A stretch of 64,000 bases of DNA from an uncultured Flavobacteriales bacterium (lineage in GTDB: Bacteria > Bacteroidota > Bacteroidia > Flavobacteriales > UBA7312): the NCBI GenBank assembly GCA_913048435.1, contig CAJWWC010000001.1, positions 118,777 through 182,776 of the forward strand. Reading direction: 5' to 3'. Position 1 is the stretch's first letter; the number at the start of each line of letters is the position of its first letter. A program made the translations under genes and the position numbers. Shown here one piece after another: positions 1-10,245 of the stretch. The notes under the pieces are model-generated. The model had not been told where the DNA came from and did no database searches. It saw only the letters and a program-made list of their open reading frames with translations.

Positions 1-1751
1 ATACAGCAGCACTTCATGGTAATGATCTCAGTACTTTTCCTGATTTTCCTGCTGAAATACGTGCACCTCAGGGCACACTAGCTGGTGTGTCAGGATTTCA
101 AATATCTTTTGGAAGTACTGAAATTTTTACACCAGGTGACGAATGCGATGTCTTGGTCGTAATGAACGTTGCAGCTCTGAAAGCAAATTTAAAAAGACTA
201 AAAACAGGAGGAACAATTGTAGTAAACTCTGATGGTTTTGATAGAAGAAACCTTCGTCTTGCCGGTTACGAAAATGATGAAAATCCATTATTAGATAATT
301 CTCTTACAAATTTTAGGGTAATTGAAATTAATGTAACTAAGCTTACTAGAGAATGTTTGTTAGATGTCAATCTCGGAGTTAAAGAAAAAGATCGTTGTAA
401 AAATATGTTTGTTTTAGGTTTCGTTTATTGGATGTATAACCGTTCCTTGGACCATACAATAAATTTTTTAACTCAAAAATTTAAAAATAAGTCAGATGTA
501 TTAGATGCTAATATTCGCGCTCTTAAAGCTGGATATAATTTTGCTAATACTTGTGAAATTTCAAGTAGTAGATTTGAAGTTAAACCTGCAAAGATGACCT
601 CAGGAAAATATAGGAACATTATGGGGAACCAAGCGACAGCGATCGGCTTAATCGCAGCTTCTAAACAAAGTAGTCTTGATTTATTTTATGGTTCATATCC
701 AATCACACCTGCTTCTGATATTTTACATGAATTATCAAAACATAAAAATTTTGGCGTACGATCTTTTCAAGCCGAAGATGAAATAGCTGCCATTAGCGCT
801 TGTATTGGCGCATCATTTGGTGGGTTATTTGGTGTTACAGCCACATCCGGCCCTGGTGTTGCTCTCAAAGGTGAGGCAATTGGATTAGCATTTATGTTAG
901 AACTACCTCTTTTAATAGTAAATGTTCAAAGAGGAGGTCCATCAACAGGTTTGCCCACTAAAACTGAGCAGTCTGATTTATTACAAGCCGTTTACGGAAG
1001 AAATGGAGAAGCCCCGGTACCTGTTGTTTCTGCGTCTACCCCTTCGGATTGCTTTGAGTCTGTCATGGAAGCTTGTAGAATAGCTATTGAACATATGACT
1101 CCTGTCTTTTTTCTTTCAGATGGTTATATTGCCAATGGAGCAGAGCCTTGGTTATACCCTCATTCAAAAAATTTAAAAAAAATTAGTGTTCCAATGACAA
1201 AAGTCAATAATTCAAATTATTTACCTTACAAAAGAGATAAAAAATTTGTTAGAGAATGGGCGATTCCTGGAATGCCGGGATTAGAACATAGAGTTGGGGG
1301 TTTAGAGAAAGAGAATTTAACTGGAAATGTTTCCTATGACTCAAGTAACCATGAATTTATGGTTAAAACAAGAGCAAAAAAAGTTGATGAAATAGCCAAT
1401 TATATTCCTAAACAAGAACTAGATGCTGGTTCAAAAAATGCTCAAGTGCTCGTACTAGCTTGGGGTTCGACTTATGGTGCAATAAAAACAGCAGTCAAAG
1501 AATTATTAAATGAAGGATATTCAGTAGCTCATGCTCATTTACGATATATACATCCCTTTCCTAAAAATTTAGGTAGTCTAATTCGTAAACACGACAAGAT
1601 TTTAATACCTGAAATAAATAATGGACAATTAATAAAGTTAATACGTGATAAGTATCTAGTTGACGCTATTCCAATGAATAAAATTCAAGGTATTCCTTTT
1701 GAGGCAAGAGAAATTAAAAATCGAATTATTGAATTGCATGATGGAGAATAA
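1..1751 (+). CDS. korA: 2-oxoacid:ferredoxin oxidoreductase alpha subunit (5' truncated by window)
   Basis: Frame is open from the window start (TAALHGNDLSTFPDFPAEIRAPQGT...). Motifs YPITPAS, QAEDEIAA, TSGPG, QRGGPSTGLPT. Confidence 0.93.
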   Translation, partial: TAALHGNDLSTFPDFPAEIRAPQGTLAGVSGFQISFGSTEIFTPGDECDVLVVMNVAALKANLKRLKTGGTIVVNSDGFDRRNLRLAGYENDENPLLDNSLTNFRVIEINVTKLTRECLLDVNLGVKEKDRCKNMFVLGFVYWMYNRSLDHTINFLTQKFKNKSDVLDANIRALKAGYNFANTCEISSSRFEVKPAKMTSGKYRNIMGNQATAIGLIAASKQSSLDLFYGSYPITPASDILHELSKHKNFGVRSFQAEDEIAAISACIGASFGGLFGVTATSGPGVALKGEAIGLAFMLELPLLIVNVQRGGPSTGLPTKTEQSDLLQAVYGRNGEAPVPVVSASTPSDCFESVMEACRIAIEHMTPVFFLSDGYIANGAEPWLYPHSKNLKKISVPMTKVNNSNYLPYKRDKKFVREWAIPGMPGLEHRVGGLEKENLTGNVSYDSSNHEFMVKTRAKKVDEIANYIPKQELDAGSKNAQVLVLAWGSTYGAIKTAVKELLNEGYSVAHAHLRYIHPFPKNLGSLIRKHDKILIPEINNGQLIKLIRDKYLVDAIPMNKIQGIPFEAREIKNRIIELHDGE

Positions 1752-2742
1752 AGAGTATACAGCAAAAGATTTTTCTTCAGATCAAGAGGTACGTTGGTGT
1801 CCCGGATGTGGTGATTATTCTATACTTAAACAAGTTCAGTCAGTAATGCCCCTAATTGGTGTTCCCAAGGAAAATATTGTATTTGTCTCAGGTATTGGCT
1901 GTTCTTCTCGTTTTCCTTATTACATGGAAACATTTGGTATGCATTCAATTCATGGGAGAGCTACAGCCATTGCAAGTGGACTAAAAGCTGCACGGCCAGA
2001 TCTGTCTGTTTGGATAATTACCGGAGATGGTGATTCATTATCGATTGGAGGAAATCATTTAATTCATCTACTTAGAAGAAATTTCGATACAAATATTTTA
2101 TTGTTTAATAATCAAATTTATGGACTTACAAAAGGACAATACTCACCAACTTCTGAAAAAGGAAAAAAGACTAAGTCCACTCCAATGGGGTCAATAGATC
2201 ATCCTTTTAATCCTCTTGCTTTATGTATTGGCGCGGATGCTACCTTTGTTGCAAGATCAATGGATCGTGAGCCAAAACATATGCGAGAAATGTTAATTCG
2301 CTCCAATGATCATAAGGGAACATCGTTGCTTGAAATATATCAAAATTGTAATGTCTTTAATGATGGTGCTTTTTTTGGAATGACTGATAAAGCTACTAAA
2401 TTAAATCAGACGTTGTTTTTAGAAAATAAAAGACCCTTAGTTTTTGGTGAAAATGAACACAAGGGTATTCGTTTAGATGGATTCAAGCCAGAGATTGTAT
2501 CTTTAAATGATTTTTCACTAGATGACCTATGGGTTCATGATGAAAGTGATAGAGTGAAAGCAGGCTTGTTAACACGTTTTTTTGATATTGATTTTCCACG
2601 TCCATTCGGAGTATTTTACTCAAAAAATAAACCAACTTATGAAGATGCTTTAATTAAACAAATAGACGAAGCTGTAAAGGACAAAGGTAAAGGTAATTTA
2701 GACGACTTAATTAAAGGATCTAACACTTGGACAATACAGTAA
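1741..2742 (+). CDS. korB: 2-oxoacid:ferredoxin oxidoreductase beta subunit
   Basis: WCPGCGD, SGIGCS, TPP-binding GDGD...NNQIYGLTKGQ. Start ATG at 1741 (or 1738) overlaps the korA end. Confidence 0.93.
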   Translation: MENKEYTAKDFSSDQEVRWCPGCGDYSILKQVQSVMPLIGVPKENIVFVSGIGCSSRFPYYMETFGMHSIHGRATAIASGLKAARPDLSVWIITGDGDSLSIGGNHLIHLLRRNFDTNILLFNNQIYGLTKGQYSPTSEKGKKTKSTPMGSIDHPFNPLALCIGADATFVARSMDREPKHMREMLIRSNDHKGTSLLEIYQNCNVFNDGAFFGMTDKATKLNQTLFLENKRPLVFGENEHKGIRLDGFKPEIVSLNDFSLDDLWVHDESDRVKAGLLTRFFDIDFPRPFGVFYSKNKPTYEDALIKQIDEAVKDKGKGNLDDLIKGSNTWTIQ

Positions 2743-2783
2743 AACAGAAAAAATTGATTACAAGTTGTGTGATATTTTTTAGT

Positions 2784-3590
2784 TTAATCTGAAAATTGAT
2801 TGGTGGTCTGTAATTTCAAGTGATTGGGTATTTTGCAGATTGGAATAGGAATCATCTTGTGCTTATTAGCTTTATTTAAACGATTATAAATATCTAAAAC
2901 TTCTTGCTGACGTTCGTTTAAATCATCAGTATTTCCTTCGAACGCCATAGCCCACTCAAGTTCTTCATAAGTTGCCCCAATTTGGTCTTCATCTGTTCTG
3001 TTGTCATTCCACAATCCATCTGTAGGTGCAGCAGTAAGAATTGAGTTTATTACACAAAGTTCTTTACCGATTGAAAAAACTTCAGATTTAAGTAAGTCTG
3101 CAATGGGACTTAAATCAACTCCCCCATCGCCATACTTGGTGTAAAAACCAATACCGAAATCTTCAACTTTATTACCAGTTCCCAATACTAAATAATTATT
3201 GAGTTGAGCATAAAAGTATAATGTTGTCATTCTTAGTCTTGCTCTAGAATTGACTAATGCTATTTGATATTTATCCTCTTCAATACCTTTAATAACAGTT
3301 TTTTTAAAGCAGTCGTAAGTTTCTCCTAATTCTCTAGAAAATGAAGATACGTTTTTAAAGTTTTCTTTTAACCAATTTATATGTTCTTTGGCTCTATCAA
3401 TTTGATTAATTTCTTGGTGTATAGGCATTTCTAAGCACAAGATATTTAGTCCTGTTTTAGCGGCTAATGTTGAGGTGACAGCCGAGTCAATTCCACCCGA
3501 AATACCCACTACAAATCCTCTTGTTTTGGAATCTTTTGCGTAGTTTAAAAGCCAATTAGTGATATAATTAATGCATTCTTTTGTCTTCAT
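2784..3590 (-). CDS. nadE: NH3-dependent NAD+ synthetase
   Basis: SGGIDSAV PP-loop, RARLRM, GFYTKYGDGG, DEDQIG; no glutaminase domain. Confidence 0.95.
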   Translation of the reverse strand: MKTKECINYITNWLLNYAKDSKTRGFVVGISGGIDSAVTSTLAAKTGLNILCLEMPIHQEINQIDRAKEHINWLKENFKNVSSFSRELGETYDCFKKTVIKGIEEDKYQIALVNSRARLRMTTLYFYAQLNNYLVLGTGNKVEDFGIGFYTKYGDGGVDLSPIADLLKSEVFSIGKELCVINSILTAAPTDGLWNDNRTDEDQIGATYEELEWAMAFEGNTDDLNERQQEVLDIYNRLNKANKHKMIPIPICKIPNHLKLQTTNQFSD

Positions 3591-3597
3591 AGCAGTA

Positions 3598-3605
3598 CAA
3601 AGTTA
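3598..3605 (-). promoter_or_regulatory. Bacteroidota -7 promoter element TAACTTTG for nadE
   Basis: Exact TAnnTTTG match, 7 nt before the nadE ATG. Confidence 0.65.
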
Positions 3606-3625
3606 ATAAATCGTAATTTTACAAC

Positions 3626-4594
3626 ATGAAAAACAACATCTATTATTTTATTATTATTTCACTTTTCCTATTAATGTCATGTAATCACAATGAATCCACT
3701 AATTTTAATCTCAAAGTGAAACGCTTAGATGCTATTTACTCGGCTGATCCATATAATACATCATATGAAGATTATGCTAATGAGTATGGCTATTTTTGGG
3801 ATGTTTACAGCCAAAATGTGATTTTTTTACCTTCAAAATCATTTGCCGATTCTTTGAGTAGTTTTCAGCAAGAACAAGACTTTGCAAAGCCCTATAAAGA
3901 TGTAATTAATCAATATCAAGATTTTAGTCTTCAACACAAGAAACTATCTAGAGCTTTTTACCATTATAACTTGGCATTTCCTAATAAGTTAATTCCGACG
4001 ATTGTTACTTTTTTTGGAGGCTTTAATTATGTTGCTATTGTAACAGACAGTACGCTGGGAATTGGTTTGGAGATGTTTTTAGGTAACAATAATTATTATT
4101 CTAATTTGACTCATAAATTTCCAAAATATATGCATCATCAATTTCATCCAGAATATTTAACTTCTGTTGCTATTAATGGTTGGTTAGAGTCTGAATTTCC
4201 TGTTGCTTTTGATAGTTTTTTGTTTCAAATGATTCATTTTGGAAAAATAAAATATGCTCTCAATAAATTTTTAGTAGATGCTCCATCAAATATAATAATG
4301 GGGTTTACAGAGGCTCAAATGGAATGGTGTAAAAACAGCGAATTTTCAATTTGGAAATTTCTTATAGAACAAGGCTTACTATACTCCAAGGATCAGTACT
4401 TAATTAGAAAATACATGAAGCCTGCTCCTTATTCCAAGGGTATGCCTCGTGAATCTCCAGGACAAGTTGCAATTTGGATGGGCTGGAATATTGTTGATGA
4501 GTTTATGGAAAACAATAGTGAGGTTACAATTTCAGAATTATTTCAAATAAACGATGCCCAATACATTCTTAATCAATCTAAATATAAACCATGA
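3626..4594 (+). CDS. gldB: Gliding motility lipoprotein GldB
   Basis: Lipobox LMSC; C-terminal ESPGQ..W.GW.IV..FM and SKYKP ending; lies between nadE and gldC. Confidence 0.85.
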   Translation: MKNNIYYFIIISLFLLMSCNHNESTNFNLKVKRLDAIYSADPYNTSYEDYANEYGYFWDVYSQNVIFLPSKSFADSLSSFQQEQDFAKPYKDVINQYQDFSLQHKKLSRAFYHYNLAFPNKLIPTIVTFFGGFNYVAIVTDSTLGIGLEMFLGNNNYYSNLTHKFPKYMHHQFHPEYLTSVAINGWLESEFPVAFDSFLFQMIHFGKIKYALNKFLVDAPSNIIMGFTEAQMEWCKNSEFSIWKFLIEQGLLYSKDQYLIRKYMKPAPYSKGMPRESPGQVAIWMGWNIVDEFMENNSEVTISELFQINDAQYILNQSKYKP

Positions 4595-4920
4595 TGAGCG
4601 TTAAAGAATCTCAAATAAAAATAAAAGTACAATTAGATGACAATAATATTCCTGAGAAACTTTTTTGGGAAGCATCTGACGGGGGGCATGATTTAAGTGA
4701 GTGTAAAGCTGCTTTTCTGTCTTTTTGGGACAATAAATCAAAAGACACTTTGCGTATTGATTTATGGACCAAGGATATGAGAACCGATGAGATGAAGCAC
4801 TTTTTTCATCAGACTCTGTTGTCTATGGCAGATGCTCTAGAGAGAGCAACTAATGAGGATAAAATGGCAGCTGATATGCGTGAATTTTGTCACCATTTTG
4901 CAGAAAAATTATTAAGTTAA
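4591..4920 (+). CDS. gldC: Gliding motility protein GldC
   Basis: [39 protein letters not shown]; ATGA overlap with gldB. Confidence 0.92.
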   Translation: MMSVKESQIKIKVQLDDNNIPEKLFWEASDGGHDLSECKAAFLSFWDNKSKDTLRIDLWTKDMRTDEMKHFFHQTLLSMADALERATNEDKMAADMREFCHHFAEKLLS

Positions 4921-5517
4921 TTTAAAAAGTTTGTTTGTATTTATAATGAAGCTTAGAATATCTTCTTTCCCATTTTTTTTAGTTGCTGAGCTTAAAAATA
5001 TTTGAGGGAGTTCTTGCCAGTTTTCGAGTAATTCTTCCTTGTAGTGTTTAAGATTGTCCAAACTTTCTTTTTTAGACAGCTTATCTTGCTTAGTAAAGCA
5101 AATTACAAAAGGAATATTATTTTTACCTAACCATTGCATAAATTCTAAATCAATAATTTGTGGTTTTAGACGTGAGTCTAATAGTACAAACAGACACATT
5201 AAGTTTTCTCTATTAAGTAAATACTTTTTTATAAACTGCGCAAACTCATAGCGTTGAGTTTTTGATACTCCAGCATAACCGTATCCTGGTAAATCTACTA
5301 GAAACCAAAGTTTATTTATTAGATAATGATTGATAAGTTGAGTTTTTCCAGGCTTACCTGAAACTTTAGCTAAACCTTTTCTCTCGGTTAGCATGTTTAT
5401 AAGAGAAGATTTCCCAACATTGGAACGCCCAATAAAAGCATATTCCGGTTTATCGGATTTAGGACATTTATTAATGTCTGTATTACTGATAATGAACTCA
5501 GCTTGTTTGATTATCAT
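4912..5517 (-). CDS. engB: Ribosome biogenesis GTPase YihA/YsxC
   Basis: [30 protein letters not shown]. Confidence 0.95.
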   Translation of the reverse strand: MIIKQAEFIISNTDINKCPKSDKPEYAFIGRSNVGKSSLINMLTERKGLAKVSGKPGKTQLINHYLINKLWFLVDLPGYGYAGVSKTQRYEFAQFIKKYLLNRENLMCLFVLLDSRLKPQIIDLEFMQWLGKNNIPFVICFTKQDKLSKKESLDNLKHYKEELLENWQELPQIFLSSATKKNGKEDILSFIINTNKLFKLT

Positions 5518-5524
5518 AATATAT

Positions 5525-6289
5525 TTACTTGATATTGGCGTTCAGCCAACTACAAAGAATTTTAGAAAATTCTTCTGGATGTTCCCACATGGGTGAATGA
5601 CCACATTTATCTATCCAATACAATTCCGAACGTTTGAAAAGATTATGAAATTCTTCGGCAACTTCAGGGGGTGTTACATTGTCTTGTCTTCCCCAAACTA
5701 AACATACTGGGAAATCTAAGTGCGGAATGTCATTACTCATGTTATGTCGAATAGCTGATTTTGCCATAGTTAGTAATCGAATCACAGAATTCCTGTTATT
5801 TGCTATCTCAAATACATTGTCTACTAAATCTTTTGTTGCCATTTTAGGGTCATAAAAAACTTCCTCAGTTTTTTTACGAATATATTCGTAGTCACCTCGT
5901 CTTGGAAAGGTGTCACCCATAGAATTTTCATATAATCCAGAACTTCCAGTTAGTACTAAACCATCGACCATTTCAGGGTGATTTTTAGAATAAACTAGTG
6001 AAATGTGACCTCCTAGTGAATTACCAAACAAAGTAACTTTTTTAAGTTTTTTGTATTTCAAAAATTCGTGTATGTAATCAGAAAAGTGTTTAATACTTGT
6101 TTTTAGAATCGGTTTGTCAAATAATGGTAAAACTGGACCAATAATTTTAAATCCATTCGAGGCAATTTTAGGTATGATACTTTCAAAATTATCTAAACCT
6201 CCCATTAAACCATGCAGTAAAACAATTACAGGACCTTCGCCAACCTCAATGTATTCATAGCCATCTGCTTTAATTGTTTGAAAATCCAT
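5525..6289 (-). CDS. Alpha/beta fold hydrolase
   Basis: HGLMGG oxyanion motif, GNSLGG nucleophile elbow, GHSPMWEHP catalytic His. Confidence 0.88.
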   Translation of the reverse strand: MDFQTIKADGYEYIEVGEGPVIVLLHGLMGGLDNFESIIPKIASNGFKIIGPVLPLFDKPILKTSIKHFSDYIHEFLKYKKLKKVTLFGNSLGGHISLVYSKNHPEMVDGLVLTGSSGLYENSMGDTFPRRGDYEYIRKKTEEVFYDPKMATKDLVDNVFEIANNRNSVIRLLTMAKSAIRHNMSNDIPHLDFPVCLVWGRQDNVTPPEVAEEFHNLFKRSELYWIDKCGHSPMWEHPEEFSKILCSWLNANIK

Positions 6290-6305
6290 TTTAGATTATT
6301 TTTTA

Positions 6306-6313
6306 CAAAAATA
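6306..6313 (-). promoter_or_regulatory. -7 promoter element TATTTTTG for hydrolase-engB
   Basis: TAnnTTTG match 16 nt upstream of the ATG. Confidence 0.55.
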
Positions 6314-6396
6314 CGTAAAAAATTGATCATCATATTTCAACCAAATTAAACCACTATGATTATGTTTTTTTAAGAAATGAGCAATGATTTATTAAC

Positions 6397-6423
6397 AATG
6401 TGGTAAAATGTGGTGAAATGTGG
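6397..6423 (+). promoter_or_regulatory. MraZ-binding direct repeats (3x AATGTGG, 10-bp period)
   Basis: AATGTGG at 6397, 6407 and 6417, directly upstream of mraZ; matches the GTGG-N6 periodic MraZ operator architecture. Confidence 0.8.
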
Positions 6424-6462
6424 AGTAAATTTCTATATATTTACAGCTTACATAAAATTTTA

Positions 6463-6924
6463 ATGCTAAACTTGGTTGGGACATATGAATGTAAGATAGA
6501 TGTAAAGGGTAGACTCATGCTGCCTGCAGTCTTAAAAAAACAGTTAGCTAATGTCATTGCAGAGGGCTTTATTTTGAAGCGTTCTGTATTCAGTAATTGT
6601 CTTGAAGTTCATCCTATGGGCGAATGGAGTGTCCTGATGTCTGAGGTAAATAAGTTGAATCGATTTGTAAAGAAAAATAATGATTTCATACGTCTTTTTA
6701 CTGCTGGTGTTAAAATATTAGACACGGATTCTAATGCTCGAATCCAAATTCCAAAGGATCTAATCCGCTTTGCTCACATTTCAAAAAAAGTTGTGATTTC
6801 ATGTTCAGTCAATATGATTGAGATTTGGGATAAAGAACAATATGAGCAAGTATTAAAAGATGCGACTTCTGATTTTGCTGATTTGGCAGAGGAAGTAATG
6901 GGTAACATTGAAAAAGAAGACTAA
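6463..6924 (+). CDS. mraZ: Division/cell wall cluster repressor MraZ
   Basis: Two DxKGR-like repeats (DVKGRL, DSNARI); first gene of dcw. Start reassigned to ATG 6463. Confidence 0.93.
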   Translation: MLNLVGTYECKIDVKGRLMLPAVLKKQLANVIAEGFILKRSVFSNCLEVHPMGEWSVLMSEVNKLNRFVKKNNDFIRLFTAGVKILDTDSNARIQIPKDLIRFAHISKKVVISCSVNMIEIWDKEQYEQVLKDATSDFADLAEEVMGNIEKED

Positions 6925-7820
6925 TGGTATATCATAAGGCAGTTTTATTAGATGAATCAATAGCTGGCCTTTCTATCCAACCTAACGGAATCTATGTTGA
7001 CGTCACTTTTGGCGGTGGCGGTCATTCCAAATCCATACTACAAAAACTAGAAAATGGCAAGCTCTTTGCCTTTGACCAAGATAGCGATGCACAACAAAAT
7101 TGTTTTGATGATGATCGCCTAGTTTTAATTGCTCAGAACTTTAGGTTTATCAAAAAGTTTTTACGTCTAGAAGGTGTCCATGAGGTTGATGGTATTCTTG
7201 CGGATTTGGGTGTTTCTTCACATCAATTTGATACTGCAGAACGTGGATTTTCCATTCGAGAAGACGGTGATTTGGATATGCGAATGAATAGAGAGCAAGA
7301 ACTGTCTGCCAAAACCGTAGTAAACGACTATGACCTTAACGAATTAAGTCGGATTTTTAGAAAGTTTGGGGAGCTAAACAATGCTTATGCTTTAGCAAAA
7401 GCAATAGTTAATTACAGAGAAGAAAAGGTTATTTCAACGACTGAGGACTTGAAAGATGCCGTAAAAGAACATGTGCCTCCACACAAGAAAAATAAAATAT
7501 TAGCTCAGCTTTTTCAAGCAATTCGTATTGAAGTCAATGATGAAATAAATGCTTTAAAAGATATGCTAAGTCAGTCTGTTGATTTGCTTAAAAAGGGGGG
7601 TAGATTATCTGTGATATCCTACCATTCTTTAGAAGATAGATTGGTGAAAAACCTCATAAAGTCAGGCAATTTCGAAGGAGAAATAGAAAAGGATTTTTAT
7701 GGTGTTCCTAAGCTTGTTCTAAATTCTATTAATAGGAAACCCATCATTGCAACACAAAAAGAATTAGATAGTAATCCAAGCTCTAGAAGTGCAAAATTAA
7801 GAGTAGGTCAAAAGGTATGA
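6924..7820 (+). CDS. rsmH: 16S rRNA m4C1402 methyltransferase
   Basis: DVTFGGGGHS, DLGVSSHQFD, SYHSLEDRLVK, RSAKLR. Confidence 0.96.
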   Translation: MVYHKAVLLDESIAGLSIQPNGIYVDVTFGGGGHSKSILQKLENGKLFAFDQDSDAQQNCFDDDRLVLIAQNFRFIKKFLRLEGVHEVDGILADLGVSSHQFDTAERGFSIREDGDLDMRMNREQELSAKTVVNDYDLNELSRIFRKFGELNNAYALAKAIVNYREEKVISTTEDLKDAVKEHVPPHKKNKILAQLFQAIRIEVNDEINALKDMLSQSVDLLKKGGRLSVISYHSLEDRLVKNLIKSGNFEGEIEKDFYGVPKLVLNSINRKPIIATQKELDSNPSSRSAKLRVGQKV

Positions 7821-8161
7821 AGGATTTAAAACACACATATCAGCCTAAGAAAGTATTTCAAAACGGACTTTCCGATTTATTGAGTGGTAAAGTTCTTGAA
7901 AAAGGCTTGTTTGAGTTATTGCCTTTCTCTCTTTATATCTGTTTGCTCATAGTGTTTTACATCAATAATTCATACCGAGCCGAAGGTTATGTAAGAACAA
8001 TTTCATCTTTAGAAAGAGAGCTCAAAGACCTACGTTCAGAATACATTACAACTAAGTCTTTACTGATGTTTCAAAGTAAGCAAACCGAAGTTCAATCTTT
8101 AGTGGCTAGTCAAGGACTACAACAAAGCGATTCTCAACCTTTTATAATTCGTGCTAACTAA
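7817..8161 (+). CDS. ftsL: FtsL-like cell division protein
   Basis: Single TM followed by coiled coil (ELKDLRSEYI); position between rsmH and ftsI. Confidence 0.8.
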   Translation: MKDLKHTYQPKKVFQNGLSDLLSGKVLEKGLFELLPFSLYICLLIVFYINNSYRAEGYVRTISSLERELKDLRSEYITTKSLLMFQSKQTEVQSLVASQGLQQSDSQPFIIRAN

Positions 8162-10245
8162 TGAAACACTCTAAAAACATAAAAAGACGAGCTGTTGCTA
8201 TATACCTTTTTATGATTTTGTTGGCGCTTGTTATTATCATCCAACCACTATATACTCAGATTTTTGAGTCACATTTATACAATACTGAGAATTACAATGT
8301 CACACGAACTGTCACAGTTCCAGCATCAAGAGGTAATATTTATTCTGATGATTTATCGCTATTAGCGACTTCAATACCTGAATATGAGATACGTTGGGAT
8401 GCTAAACAAGTCGATAAAGAATTATTTCTTGATGAGGTTGAAGAATTATCGGCTAAATTATCGGCCCTTTTTGATGATAAACCAGCCTCAGATTATTCCG
8501 ATTATTTAAGAAAAGTATGGGCTAAACAGAGTCGCTATGCTCTCATTAAAAGAAAAGTAAACTACAATCAGCTTAAGTTATTAAAGCAGTTCCCAATTTT
8601 TAGTGAAGGTCGATATAAAGGAGGCTTTCAGTATAAGCAATTGAACAAACGTCAAAAGCCATTTCAACAGCTGGCAGGTAGAACCATAGGTTATCATAAA
8701 AAACAATCCAAGTCGGTTGGTATCGAAGGTGCTTTCAATTACGATTTGAAAGGCAAGAATGGCGAGAGATTAGAGCATAGATTGGCAGGTAATGAATGGA
8801 TGCCTATTCGAGAAAGAGAGTCCTTTCCTGGCAAAGATGTGATTACTACCATTGATATTCGTTTTCAAGATATTGCACATCAAGCCCTCGAGGATAGGTT
8901 ATATTTTCATGATGCAGACTTTGGTGCTACAATACTTATGGAAGTAGCAACTGGCGAAATAAAGTCAATTGTAAACCTCAAAAAAGTCGATGAAGATAAG
9001 TATGTTGAGTTTTACAATTTTGCTATAGGAAGAAGTATTGAGCCAGGATCTACTTTTAAGTTAGCCTCTGTCATTGCAGGACTTGAAGATGGTTTTCTAC
9101 AGTTGGACGATTCTGTAAACACAACAGGTGGAAAACATAGCTTTTATGATAGAGTTATGCGTGATTCTAAAAAAGGTGGCTATGGTGTAATTTCTTTGGA
9201 GGAATCATTTACTAAGTCTTCTAATGTCGGAATTTCAAAACTTATCAATAAACACTATAAAGCCAAGCCTTCGCAATTCGTAGATAGACTTTATAGTATG
9301 GGAATTAATGAGCCGCTTGGTATTGCATTGTCTGGAGAGGTTAAGCCTGCTATAAGACATCCTAAACAATCTTCCAATTGGTCTGGAACTACTTTGCCAT
9401 GGATGTCAATAGGTTACGGAATAAAAATGACGCCATTACAAATTCTAAGTTTTTATGCCGCTATCGCTAATGACGGACAGCGTATGAAACCACTTTTTGT
9501 AAAGTCAATAATGGCAAATGGTATAACAGAAAAAAACTTTAATCCTGAGGTTTTAAACCCATCTATTTGCTCTATGACTACCATTAAAAAAGTAAAGCAA
9601 ATGCTAGAGAATGTAGTTGAAAATGGGACTGCTAAAAGCATTAAATCTAAGCAGTATAAAATAGCGGGTAAAACAGGTACAGCTCAATTGATAATTGATG
9701 GGGTGTACGACAACCAAAGACACCTAGCATCATTTGTCGGGTACTTTCCTGCAGACAATCCTAAATATGCTTGTATAGTCATGATTAACGACCCCCAAGA
9801 AAACGGTAGTTATGGTGGTGATGTTGCAGCACCTGTTTTTAGAACAATTTCTGATTATGTAATGAATACGGACTTTAGTCTACAACCTACAGATACTATC
9901 GAAAAGCGACAAATTCCAGTTTCTAAAGATGGCTACAAAAGGCACTTGGCTAATGTCTTCAATACTTTTGATGTACCAATTTCTAGCGATGACGATAGAG
10001 CGCAATGGGTTCTTACTAAATCCCAAAAAGAACAGGTAAAACTCCAAACAAGAAATATCACGAGAGATTTAGAAAAAAATAAAATGCCCAACATAAAAGG
10101 TATGGGCTTAAATGATGTGTTGTTTTTATTAGAAAATTATGGTTTGAATATCAGCTATTCAGGTCGTGGTAGTGTCAAAGAGCAATCCATCAATAAAGGA
10201 GAAAACATAAGAAAAGGACAAAATTTAACCATTGTACTTTCATGA
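8161..10245 (+). CDS. ftsI: Class B PBP (FtsI/PBP3) with PASTA domain
   Basis: EPGSTFK (SxxK), SSN, KTGTAQ; C-terminal PASTA-like MPNIKGM. Confidence 0.93.
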   Translation: MKHSKNIKRRAVAIYLFMILLALVIIIQPLYTQIFESHLYNTENYNVTRTVTVPASRGNIYSDDLSLLATSIPEYEIRWDAKQVDKELFLDEVEELSAKLSALFDDKPASDYSDYLRKVWAKQSRYALIKRKVNYNQLKLLKQFPIFSEGRYKGGFQYKQLNKRQKPFQQLAGRTIGYHKKQSKSVGIEGAFNYDLKGKNGERLEHRLAGNEWMPIRERESFPGKDVITTIDIRFQDIAHQALEDRLYFHDADFGATILMEVATGEIKSIVNLKKVDEDKYVEFYNFAIGRSIEPGSTFKLASVIAGLEDGFLQLDDSVNTTGGKHSFYDRVMRDSKKGGYGVISLEESFTKSSNVGISKLINKHYKAKPSQFVDRLYSMGINEPLGIALSGEVKPAIRHPKQSSNWSGTTLPWMSIGYGIKMTPLQILSFYAAIANDGQRMKPLFVKSIMANGITEKNFNPEVLNPSICSMTTIKKVKQMLENVVENGTAKSIKSKQYKIAGKTGTAQLIIDGVYDNQRHLASFVGYFPADNPKYACIVMINDPQENGSYGGDVAAPVFRTISDYVMNTDFSLQPTDTIEKRQIPVSKDGYKRHLANVFNTFDVPISSDDDRAQWVLTKSQKEQVKLQTRNITRDLEKNKMPNIKGMGLNDVLFLLENYGLNISYSGRGSVKEQSINKGENIRKGQNLTIVLS

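Noticed and set aside
6397-6430. Short direct repeats as a CRISPR or iteron array
   Set aside because: A 7-bp unit with a 10-bp period upstream of mraZ fits an MraZ operator; there are no spacers or cas/rep genes.
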